Assembly: GCA_021613535.1 (NCBI GenBank)
Contig: CP075492.1
Location: forward strand, 806,001 to 870,000
Direction of reading: 5' to 3'
Length of the DNA stretch: 64,000 nt
DNA from: Adineta vaga
Lineage: Eukaryota; Animalia; Rotifera
Shown: piece by piece, positions 52,471-64,000 of the stretch
How positions within the stretch are numbered: the first letter of the stretch is position 1
How the letters are laid out: each line of letters starts with the position of its first letter
The notes under the pieces: generated by a model
Told to the model about the DNA's origin: nothing
What the model saw: the letters and a program-made list of their open reading frames with translations, nothing else
Database searches by the model: none
Position numbers and translations under genes: made by a program

Positions 52471-53220
52471 TAAAACCTAACTGTCTTCTAAAGTATAATG
52501 TACTTTTTTGTAGCATTATGCTTTCGATAAACAAGTATGGGGTACAACAGCAGTTGATTTAAAAACTAATTATGATTATGGTTCAATTATGCACTATGGA
52601 AAAGATTATTTCTCCAAAAATGGTTTACCAACCATAGTTCCCAAACAAGCCAACGTTCAAATTGGTAATCGTGAAAAACTTAGTCCTGTTGATATACTTG
52701 AAGTGCGTCAATTTTATGGATGTAAAGCTTAATGAGATAAGATGCTTGTTATTCTAAAAGAATTGAAAAGCAATAAATCTACTATAATATCTTTGAAATG
52801 AGTTTTCCTTAACAAGTCGTGATAGTAAAGAATATATAAAAATAATTATGACGTGAGAGTGAACGATGAATATTTATAAGTAATGTAGAACATGCATGTT
52901 TCACGCACACTCTTCTGTGGATGGCGTGAGTTCTGAGAATTATATCGCTGTGAAAGAAATTAAATGTGCATTTTTAGATTTATCAATGACTGTCGACTGA
53001 TTTAAATAAGTTGATACTCTCTTAAAAGCATCTATTAACATTCAACACTCATATCCACACTTTGAGTATGGCGAGGTGGTACATGATGTATTAATGTTAA
53101 GAAAAATATCAGTTTGTAACAGTCAAGTTTTAGACAGCATCACGATTATGAATAATATTTTTGTAGTATTATTTAAGCGAATTGTCTCTTTCTTGTAGCA
53201 CTAACTACATTTTCAATAAT

Positions 53221-54483
53221 TTCAGCTCATCAGTAATAGCGAGGTGATTATTACACTTATAAGTGTAAAGTGTTGATAGAGCAATATGGACGAGACTGAT
53301 GTTGAATCTAAAATTAATTAGACATTAGAGAATACATAAGACTAGAATATTTACTGTATATTAGTGTATTGGATGACATAACTGTCGTTATGTTTCGTTG
53401 TGAAACCGAACTTGAAGTTTGAGTGGTGGTTGGCGATGAGTTAGTTAATCTGTTCGTGGAAAACGATGTTGATCCGGTAGGTGAAAGCGTACTTGTGACA
53501 CTGGTAGCCGTTGAAACTATTGACGTCGACACATTTGAGGATTAATAAAGTCTGGAAGTGCATGTCGCAAGATCAATATTACAGTTAGATGTTGTACAAT
53601 AGCAAAAGCTCTCAGAAATTTGGTTGTCCACATAAGACGCGATAAAATTTCCTGGACCATAAGCAATTTGCCAGTATCTAGATCGATAAGTATGATCGAT
53701 GGCGTACATATTCCCATACGGATTAACTGCAGCATCATACTCTTCCATGGTCAATGGACTTCGCCAAGTAAAATTTGTTCGTGTAGTATAACTAACCATA
53801 CACATAACCGTGTTTGAACTAAAATATGCCGAAAACAATGAATAACTGATATTATACAAAAAGGCAGTATAGAGATTGAATTGGTAAAATCCATAAATAA
53901 TGTAACTGTAATCATCGATACACGAAATCGGCTGGGAATAGCTTGAAATGAGAGGTGGCATGCGAGGTGGCGGATTTGTAGATGATTGTACCGATGATTG
54001 GCAAGTTGCCATATTCATATTGCAGAGGTGTGTGGAGTAAATGCATAGAGTCGAACTAATAAAAGGCTCTTAGGATAATGAAGTACAAGGACCATAACCG
54101 ATATCCGAAGATGGACTGAAACCTGTGCATCGAGTTTGACTCATGCGAATCCAACCGTACTGTTTCGGATGATCAGTATTTGATCCGGAGCCACCAAGAT
54201 TATATGCCCATGACAAATCGACCCAAGGCGATTGGATAGGCTGTTGTACCATGATGGTTTGTCCAGTAGCACTGATACCCACTAATATAACACAAAAACT
54301 ATAAATGGGATACGGTATGAATACAAAACCCGTAGAGTTTCCTGTGCTAATTGTGGAATTGGCACAAGTAATGTTATTTATTGCATAGGTTGAGGTTAAT
54401 GGCGACGCAAAAAAGCAATCGATGTCGATGGGTTTGTAGCCGACGATGATAAACAGTATAGTGATAGTTGCATAGATATACAT
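53221..54483 (-). pseudogene. Second copy of the Ly6-like GPI-type gene, with the same two TAA stops
   Basis: Differs from copy 1 only by V>A (SWVYN/SWAYN) and a 3-nt indel in the tail exon. Confidence 0.7.
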
Positions 54484-55069
54484 GTTCCTTCAGTTTCTTG
54501 TGCACAAGTTACGCTACTTTTTCGGCGTCACTTTTATACCTTCTCAGACATACAAACAAATCGATCTCAATTTATCAACTTTCATTCTTTCTCTTCCGAG
54601 CACGTTTAAAGTGCATTTACAAACAGAATCTACCAAAATCTATCAACAACATATTCTCAGCAAAAATACAAGAACATCATTGGAAATTTTAAACAGGGTA
54701 TGACTGTTTTGTCTTCTCTGAGAAAAATTCCAACAGCCACACTACTATGCGCACTCGCACAATTATAAACAATCTCGAACTCAAGATCGAAAGAAGATGT
54801 CTTTAATCTTCATATAGAGAAAAAAAGTGTTACTGACATTTCTTTGGATATGTCACAAGTATACTGCATACAATGGTTTTTTTGCGCGGACAATAATTAT
54901 TACAGACATCATTTTCATTAATGACGGTAAGAAAATGTAAACTATTTTATCCATATATCCTCATCAAAAGATACTTTAGAAATCATTCAGTCAATACCAG
55001 AAGAATTTCAATGTTTTTTTTATTCTCATAAACAAAAGAATACAGTCTTTCTAAACAATTATAATATTT

Positions 55070-55489
55070 TTATTTTGTGAGAATTAATTCGATTTGTTCA
55101 GCATTATTTGTTTCAATGATTAGATAAGTTTCATTATGAATTGTCATTTTTTGTATATTTTCAATAAATTCAATTTCTTTCTTTCGCAATTCATCGTTTG
55201 GAAAACCCATGAGTGTTGAAACACATCCAGAAGATTTACCTGGATTAGTAGAAGGATTTAATTTTACAAAACACCTTAAGTGGTTAACTACTGTTGCATC
55301 AATCGCAACGCCATCTAATGACTGATCATATCCAGTTTTAATCATAATACCATTAAATCGAAGATATTGTGGAGATTTAACAATTGTCCAATTACCTATA
55401 GTATTCATTAATGGTAATGATGAGACAATATGTCTTTGAGTGAAATATAATACTTGGAAGAAAAACAAAAGGCTTCTTATCTTGTTCAT
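55070..55489 (-). CDS. Paralog of 35915-36343 (small secreted protein)
   Basis: MNKIRSLLFFFQVLYF start; intact frame; several amino-acid changes. Confidence 0.6.
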   Translation of the reverse strand: MNKIRSLLFFFQVLYFTQRHIVSSLPLMNTIGNWTIVKSPQYLRFNGIMIKTGYDQSLDGVAIDATVVNHLRCFVKLNPSTNPGKSSGCVSTLMGFPNDELRKKEIEFIENIQKMTIHNETYLIIETNNAEQIELILTK

Positions 55490-55679
55490 AATGTTAGTTA
55501 TTTCGATGATTTGTAGTTTAGATATGTATATATAAAACATTGCTCTTTTAATGAAAGAAAAGAACAAAGGAGAAATATTCATTGTTGAAAATTGATCAAT
55601 TACAATATAAAACAATATCTATAGATGGCAGTATAGAAAATAAAGAAAACAAATTTGTCTTTAAGGTGAAAATAAATCC

Positions 55680-57208
55680 TACAAATTGCGCTACTACAAC
55701 TAATATCAAAACTTTTGTAACATTGAACATCATGATATTTTCCAAATCATCACTTTTCTTTATACTTTTGTACAGAAATTGTCTGTATTACTCTGTTCCA
55801 TAAGATTTCGTTTATGCAGACATTTTTCTATTTTAGTTGATTTGATATTTTTGTATGATATTTTGTTTGAAAAAATTAATTACGTTGATTTCCATGACAA
55901 TTCTTCTTCTGTCATTCTTATTGTTGTTGTTGTATTTCTTTTGCGTTACGATTCATCATGGAATCATTATGTTCAATTTCTATCATATGATCTACGTTTA
56001 TATGTATAAGAAAAGAATAATAACATGAAGTCTATCTAAAACAAAAGACGAAAAGGAAAGGAAAAATGAACTATAAATAATTGAAAAGTTTTGAAGAAAA
56101 ACAAAAAGAAACAACATAAGGAAATTGTTCTAATGCAAACCTTGATATTTAATGTTCTGTATGCGTTTGTGCTTTATATTTATAGATGTATTTGATACGT
56201 TCACCTATTTTCTTGCAACGTTCATGAATAAGATCGATCATAATAAAAGGAATTTTTTCATCGTCGACGGCTAAATGGTGTTCTAACCACATTTTCTTCA
56301 GTTTAGTTTCAAAGTTTTTTGACATTGATCTATTTCATCTTTAGCTGTAGTCAGATAGAGTTGAAATATTTGCACTCTTCCTTGTATAGCCGTTTGTCGA
56401 TATTGAGTGTATAATTGTTGTCAAATACTTTGATTTTCAATGGAATTTATCAATGTTGATTCAGCAATAGGCGAAAATTCGAATGATTGATGGGTTGAAT
56501 TATGAAAATTGATTTGTTGTTGAAGTAATTTGTATCCTTCTTCTGCTATTTCAAGTTTATATTTATCTGCACATAAGTCTTCCATGAATCGTTTCTAAAT
56601 AGAATATATATATTAACGAATGGGTTCAAAACAAAAGACAAATCGTTTCATAAAATAAGTAGCTCGATCGGTACCTGATAAGAATTTGGTTTCAATAGTA
56701 AAAATTCTAATTTTATTGCTTGTATATGATAATCATAATAAATAAGTTCAATTTGATGGAAAATTTTCGTACGAAACGAATAGACATTATCGATAATATA
56801 CGTTTCAAGTATTTGTTGCATTGATATAGTAAATTCAGTCGTGGTTGATTTTATTTTCTGTTTCAATTTCATAATTTTTCAGATGATAATTAAGTACTTC
56901 TAAAACATGCGTCACGAATTTTAGATAAATTTCATATTTATTTGTTTCATTCATATCTGTTGTTGTTGTCGTCGTCGTCAATGAACACAAGTTTCGAATT
57001 TCTTCTGGCCATATGGGGAAATTTATCGAGTATTTGCTCACTTGCGATGTTTCGTTATTCGACCCATAAATTAATTGTCCCATTCCTGATTTTAAATAAG
57101 TTGTCCAGAGAGTATGATAAGTTTGCAAAATGATAATTTTATAGATTAAAATAACAACTTTTCGTAAGTCTTTAAAATAAGTGACTGATCGTTTTTTTGT
57201 TGTTGCTG
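55680..57208 (-). mobile_element. Decayed intron-containing coiled-coil ORF, probably a Penelope-like (Athena-type) retroelement relic
   Basis: LWTTYLKSGMG, FPIWPEEI, IELIYYDY..LEFL..PNSYQ helical segments with stops and frameshifts. Family call is from recalled resemblance only; no RT core visible. Confidence 0.4.
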
Positions 57209-59041
57209 CCCAGGTGATTTGATCCGACGTGTAGATCCGACAGAATCTTATCGGATCCGACATCGGATTGCACCGGGAGGAATCCGACAGGAACCCGTCA
57301 CAGAAAAACATCGGATATTCACCGTATCCGACTGCTTCTTATCGGAAAAAAGAAGCAAATCCAGCAATCAGCAATTTCGCCCCAGATTTTACCTAAATTG
57401 CAGTATATTCAACACAGATTACACCATGATTACGCTATATTTTCCAAGATTTCATCTACATTACACCCGATTACAGCATATTTTTCAAGATTACACCTAG
57501 ATTACACCAGATTACAGCATATTACACCTATATTATAATGTATTACTCACGAGTTTTGCCAGAATAAACCATATTCATATTCGTCGACAACGTAATTGGG
57601 TTGTGAAATACTTCACAGACGCAGCGGTGTACTCTAGATTACTAGCAATAAATAAAATATGTAAATGAATAATATACAAAAGTTATACAATGGATATTAT
57701 AACGGGCAAAGATAAAACCAGATATTTACTGCAATATGATCAATATAGATATCAATTAGATTTTCTTTAAGTAAAGATCAATGCACGATTCAGCATAGTC
57801 GTTTATAAGTAGTTTTTACAAAAAAATTATTTTAGAATCGACTATATGTTCAAAGAATGGTTAGAAGCTACCTTGTAGTTAATTTAGAAAAATATCGTGA
57901 TGATCTATTATCTGTCTAATAGTTTAAGATCACGGAGAGAATCTATTTCGTTTCTATTAGTATTACTAAATATTCGACGATTATTAATAATATTCAACTA
58001 AGATCCACTCTCAATAATCGGTTATAATTAAACAATATTTGTTCATCGTTTTTGTATGGCCACTATGTTAAAGCAGAGTAACTGATTATACGCATTCCAA
58101 ACGGTCTTGACTAATAGAGATTAGGTTATTTTGTGTCGATCAAAAACCAATGCAGACGGTTAAAAGGTATTAGCATTTGATAAGAAGGATTGGATATACA
58201 GAAAAATCCTATGTAAATACTAGAATATTAGATTCTCAAAAATTGGAAATTTTAGAAGATTCATTAGAAATCTGTAGATATGAAGATTTAATTACAACTT
58301 GAATATCAGTGATTTTTTCACGATTTCGGATACTTTTCCGTAGTTTCTATCGAATTTCAGCTGTTTTTAATCATTCGTTTTCTATTTCTTTTTTAAAATG
58401 AAAAATCAAAATCTGGAATCATTTATAATGATTTCTCTTTCAGAAATCATTTTTTCCCTCTACGTCAATGTATAATAGTATAATCAACATCAAAAACTAC
58501 CTTTCATTTCTCAGGTATATTGTTTAACATTCAAACAATTATTTTCGTGGTATATGATGACTATTTGTAATTAGCAACATTTAAGAATTACTCTTGTATT
58601 TGGCACACATAATCATAATCGTTATTAAGTTTGATTTCTCTTGACAAAGCATATCGCACTAAGTTGCAAATGTAATTGAGAAATATTATTTCTTTCACTG
58701 AAGTCTAATCGTTATGCTGAATGACGTTTATAACTTTCCGATTATTTCCGATATGTACCTGTGACAAGTTCCTGGCGGATCTATATTGTCGGACAGCGTT
58801 AAAATCCGATCAAAGGAACTCCTGTGTTCCTGTAGAATCCGACAAATTCTGGTAGCAGGAAGTGAACGGTTTTATCTTGGAATCCGGTGTCATGTGAAAC
58901 TGTAAATTCCGATAATTTCTTGACACCGGATCACATCGAATCTGATCAGAAACAGTCGGATATGGGAATCGGATCTGATAGGTTCCGAATATATGTATCT
59001 TGCCGGGAATTGCCGGATCCGATGGACACGTTTTGACCTGA
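57209..59041. mobile_element. Non-autonomous DNA transposon with CCCAGG terminus and subterminal ATCCGA/TCGGAT repeats (CACTA/EnSpm-like)
   Basis: Left end CCCAGGTGATTTGATCCGAC; degenerate right end TTGACCTGA. Dense ATCCG/CGGAT at 57220-57345 and 58735-59025; GATTACACC repeats at 57417-57530; AT-rich core. Confidence 0.55.
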
Positions 59042-60639
59042 TGCAGAACAAATTTTTATTAGAGAATAGATTCATGGAATCAACATCGGAATGGCAGAAG
59101 AAAGTCTATGATACTATTGAGATCCGTCGATTACATATGATAAAACGTGCAAATTGGATTCAAAACTGTAGATCGGCAACATAATCGAAATCAATTTAGA
59201 TTATAAAACAAAACATATATACTTTTTTCGTTTTAAAAGTTTCTTATCTTCTATGCATTCTGAATATTACTTTCAAATTAAAATAACCAATCTTTAATAT
59301 ATTAAAATTTTTCAACTCTTTCTTTTCTTCTTTTTAGAACATAATAATCAATTATCCAATATTTTTCTTGTACTTTCAGATATTCTATATTACTTATTTA
59401 TAGTATAGCAAGTACAAATAATCACAACAATCTCCACATAAAAATATTCTTCGAAGTTAAACCTGCTCTGTGGCCAATATGAACATTCAACAATCAGAAT
59501 TACTCCAACCATGTAGGAACAAATATAATATTCTAATCTACCATCTGAATATATAGAATCAGTAAGATAATAACACTTCATTTACTCAACCATAATCCTA
59601 CAGTATCAGATGATCTGCTGATATAAAATTATATTTGAAATTAATATTGAGAGTTTATTCTTTTTTGAATAGTCATTTCAATTTAATTTTCAAGTTAATT
59701 CTAATTCTGCAGATTTTTATACTATCTGATGATCGACTTATGAAAATAAGTTGAAACTTGTCATGGTATTTATTTGTACAAACTCACTCTCAAGAATTAA
59801 GTTTCATTACACTATTATCTATCTTCAACTCGTTTTTCTTCATATTTACCGGATTACAAAGATTTGCACGATACTTGTGCTTTCGAATTGATGCGGAATA
59901 TTATTTCAATTGTAAACGGAGAAGAGTGACTGTACCTACTATTATCTTCTCATTTATAAAAATGATCTGATAGAGAGCTTTATGCGTCATACGTCTATTA
60001 TAGAACTGTATTAGGTAATATCGATCTATGTTTACTTCCAATTCATTAGTACTTGTCATCAGTGTCTATTATCAGAATTGAAGATCAATCAAATCGTTTC
60101 TGTCAAAAATGTCTATCAAAACTAGTCACGTCATGACTATGACACTAATTATTGATTGACATGAGACATCATAAGGTCGATTTTGCATTCAATCAGTTCA
60201 CATAATTGTTTATATTATCTCTGGCTATTTTTCACCTATGAAAAACTATTTTCCCACCATTCTGCAAATAAAAAGGGGATAATTTCCCTCTTAACTTTCT
60301 CTCTCCTATCGAGGTATAAAAGCGCACTCATTTCTAGCCATATATATCATTTATCAATTTCATCTCTACTGTTATTTCTTATCATCTTATTATAATTCAG
60401 TAAGTAGTATTTCTTTCAATATCTATTCTTCTTTAAACTCACCCTTTGAATCATATAACTATCTGCTTGTATATAAAATTAATCTTAAATTTTAATATTG
60501 GAAGCTTTCCTTTTAAGCTATTCAATTTAAGTTTAAGTTAATTTTAATTATGCAGATTCTTCAGTTACCATCTGATGATTTTCTCCCTTTATAATAAGGA
60601 AGAATTCCGGGAATATGGTAGTTATTTGTTCAAACTCAC

Positions 60640-62600
60640 CCTCAAGTGGTCCACATGGACCATGAATCATGTGGCTTTTTACAACTTCGTGTAATCGAGA
60701 ATGTTGGATGGGATCTGGTATTTCGCTTGATACGATACTATCGATACAGCTGCTATCTCGTGGCTTGTTCTCATCCGCCAAAATGATGAGCATATGACAA
60801 TGAGGTAAACCTCACTTTTGAAATTCAATTACAAATACATGAGCTATAGTTTTTCCAAATAAATTATTTTTGATGATATCATCAAGCAGCTCATTCAATT
60901 TGAGTTTGAAAACTCTTGCAACTAAATCAGGTCTGTCTAATGCAGTTTGGCCTGAATAAAGTTGCTCTTCTATCTCTTTCCATTTTGGATTGCAAGTAAA
61001 CGTAATAAATAAATCAGGCTTTCCATATTTTCGAACGATTGCCATTGCATCTTGATAATTCTGCTGCATGGCTCTGGGACTGCCTTGAAAACTTGATGGA
61101 AGAATTATTATCCGTTCTGGCTTAAGTCCTTGAGCAGCAGCATCGTTCGCTAAATGAGCCATCAGACCTTTGTACATTTCTACACGAAGAACCTTTTGAT
61201 TTTGTCGGTGAAATGCAAGACGGTTCTGTTCAGTTTTAACGTAAGCATCCACAATGTACTGTTGAAACAACTTTCCTGCGTAGTGTATTGGACTGAAATA
61301 TGTACGGACAACTAATCGAAAACTGTAGAATTGGAGCATAGACACTCTTTTTCTAATGCGGGATTGATCAGTTTTTTCTAATTCTGGATGCCAACCCTGA
61401 TCTCCTTGAGGAAATAGAACTGGATACGTCATTGGATCACAATGAGCATTTAAAATCGAAATCGTCTGAAGGTTTTGACCACGTGGATGTACAGCAATAT
61501 GACGATAGCTTGGAACTTCACCATTATCTGCAACGAAAACTGCTGCAACTTCATTGGGTCGTGGAAGATCATATCGACGTTGATCCGACGTTCGACTATT
61601 TATATCAAAGAACATACGAATTGAATGAGTTGGTTGTTTCGTTCTATCAGAACGACGGATTTCCTCCTGTTCAACCTCGTGCAACATTTTGAAAGCGGTA
61701 GCAAATGAACTTATTCGTGTCATTAAATCGCGGAGTTTCTTCATGATTTTTCCTCACAACGACTATTCGCAACATTTCCCATGCGCTCTTGTAAAGGTTG
61801 AGCTGAATCCAAAATATAGAGTTGACCATACTGAGCACTCTGACCGGTTTCAGGGTGTAGAGAACCAATCTGATGATAGATCTGACCGTGAATTCGAAAG
61901 CAGTAAAGACCGGTATTCGATGGGGAAGCGATCTGTGCACCCATAGATGCAAATGCTAAAGCATTATTGTAACATCGTATATTTTCACGAAAATTTTTTC
62001 CATCAGAACCACTTTCTTCAAGAAGAATTTTGAGTTCGTCCGGATACGGTAACAGTGAAGGAAGTTCAACGGATCCAAAATGGCAACACTGTCTATATTC
62101 ATTTTTTTCTTCCCGATGTCTCATTTCCGAAGAATAAAACACCACAATGTCGACATGGATTATCCATTTTTCCAAAATGACTCTTGAGAATGAGTTCACT
62201 CGTAGTTGCATGACCTTCCAAAGAAACTTTATATTGTCAATGTTTCCGTTGACGTTGCTTATCTTTTGCTCGTCGAACCTCCTTTTCCTCCTGAGTCTCT
62301 TGCTGTCGACGTGACTGATGTCTTTGAGCATCAGTACGTAGTCTTTTCAATCGGATTTCAACGGCTTCAGTAGCGCGACGTTCTCGTAGCCGTTTCGATC
62401 TTCGAAATAATTGGCTTCGTCGTGATTTCTTTGTTTGACTATCGGAGGAATTTTGTTCAGCGTTCTCGTTAGAAACTGCAACAATTGCTACTGAATTAAC
62501 ACCGTTGGCTGTATTTGTTAGATTTACAGACATTTCCACGCCGTAGTAACCTAACAGACGATGGTTTAGATCCCGACGTTCCCGAATAATCAAAACTTGT
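60640..62600 (-). mobile_element. Helitron RepHel relic (Zn-finger region and Rep/HUH domain; helicase absent)
   Basis: CCHFGSV, FRENIRCYNNALAFASMG, FRIHGQIYH, DPMTYPVLFP, GSPRAMQQNYQDAMAIV, PDLFITFTCNPKW, IEFQK*GLPHCHML (TGA 60814-60812 where Arg is expected), HGPCG; frameshifts. Confidence 0.93.
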
Positions 62601-64000
62601 TTTGCTTTTTTTGCAGATTTTTTCGAAATATGCGAATACTTCTTAAAGTTTAGATCTCCACACAGTCGTCCGAGCGTCGGTGTACCCCTTTTTCAATGTT
62701 CCTTCGTAGAACTTCTGGCAAAAAAACCAACTATCTTCTAGAAAGTAACTGAAGAAGTGAAGCTTTTTTGCAGTCAGCACCTATATTTATACTTTTTCAG
62801 TGCCTATTTCTGATGGAGAAGTATTTCAATTTAAAAATTTATCTGCGACCCACAGGTTATGCTGTCTTTTCGTGTCTCTTTATAATACAATCGGCTTTGT
62901 TTTCTATACATGAAATCCATCTTAAAGCTGTAGGTATTCTTTTTCACTTGAGTAAATTGACATTCATACAATAAATATTATGTTATTGTGAGTCTAGATG
63001 AGGTTAGGAACTATGATTAAATCATATCTACACTGATGAGAGAATCTTTCCAACGGCCAAATCACTTTTTATGTGAAACCTACTGTTTTCTGTGTTACCG
63101 AATTTGCTGATTCTGAATATGCCGATGAGAAGTGCCCTTAGGCTTTTATACTTTGATTTTCCAGAAAAACCAGACTCACAGAGTATCAATTTAAAGTTAA
63201 TTTTTTGTTTTTGACAAGCGTATATTATAGAGTAGATCAAATTGTCTATGAATCAATATTAATTTTCAATGAAAATTATTCAGTTAAATTCATATACTTA
63301 CTACATATGGTTAGTATATTACTGTCAAAATAGGAAATTTTGAAGCTGTTTATTCAGCTCTATATTTGTAAAACACAAAAATCAATTTATTTATGGACAA
63401 CTCAACCTGTTCTATAATATGCACTTATCAAAAACTAAAATTTGATCTTGAGGGTGAAGATGAAGGTATAGATATTGTTCTAAACTCATCCACATAGCCA
63501 CCCACGCCCTCATCCTCACCCTCAGCTGTATCCAACATTCATTACTTTGTATATATTCATCTTCACGTAATTTCAGTTATTTGTTTTCTCTTTACTTTCT
63601 GATCAGTTAATTGAATACAGATACAACAAAGGTCGACAACTCAAATAAACTTCATGAAAACTTTTTTTTATAGAAATCAGTTTTCATATATAGTCTCAAC
63701 ATGAATGCGGCAAAAGGAAAAAAAATAATATCTTAATGAAGTAATATTTGATCAAAATATAAAACAAAATTCTTGATTCAGAGTATTATGACATCATGAA
63801 CATCTACAGAAATCATGAAGAGACAAGAAAAATCATCAATCTCTGATAGTCATAGCTTCAGCCATTCACAATATTTATAACAACTAACTTGAATAGTCTT
63901 TTACTTCTTCACATATTTCTTGCAATTAAATGAATTAGTTTTATGATGTATTTTCTTCTAACATCTTTCCAACTGTCTTCCTATAGTTGAATATTTAATC

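Larger units (their letters stand above)
52503..55662 (+). repeat. Segmental duplication, copy 2 (orphan last astacin exon, Ly6/GPI pseudogene, small secreted gene)
   Basis: Matches 33347-36505; begins inside the last astacin intron. Confidence 0.97.

Noticed and set aside
57417-57530. GATTACACC repeats as a CRISPR-like array
   Set aside because: Repeats are ~9 bp with irregular spacing inside a TE; eukaryotic context and no cas genes.
9842-60814. Alternative genetic code or A-to-I stop-to-Trp editing to explain the in-frame stops
   Set aside because: All three stop codons occur and replace different expected residues (Trp, Leu, Arg). Several of the same genes also have frameshifts or deletions, and intact genes end normally.
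61432-61946. Plus-strand ORFs of 85-86 aa
   Set aside because: Antisense to the Helitron Rep coding region.

Overview
AT-rich eukaryotic DNA with many short (~45-65 nt) GT-AG introns. The gene set (ADP-ribosyltransferase-TPR, NHL-mucin-EGF receptor, divergent GPCRs, F-box/LRR, B-box-SPRY, Ly6-like proteins) and TGTGGG/TGAGGG repeats fit a bdelloid rotifer; this is inferred, no database search was run. The window looks like a decaying, TE-rich, possibly subtelomeric region. About 12 of ~24 genes carry stops, frameshifts or deletions. It holds a mariner, a Helitron Rep relic, Helitron-, Kolobok- and TA-type non-autonomous elements, a CCCAG-ended element and a probable Penelope/Athena-like relic. 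A 3.2-kb segmental duplication (33.3-36.5 kb / 52.5-55.7 kb) shows a sharp step in divergence. There is also an F-box-LRR::ART::GPCR chimera. The most striking unexplained signal is about 17 short fold-back motifs built from telomere-like hexamers (ATCTTGAGGGTG...CACCCTCAAGAT), most lying 20-400 bp downstream of stop codons. Two spliced genes absent from the ORF track were reconstructed by hand: a synaptobrevin/VAMP and a 67-aa peptide. All splice models were read by eye.
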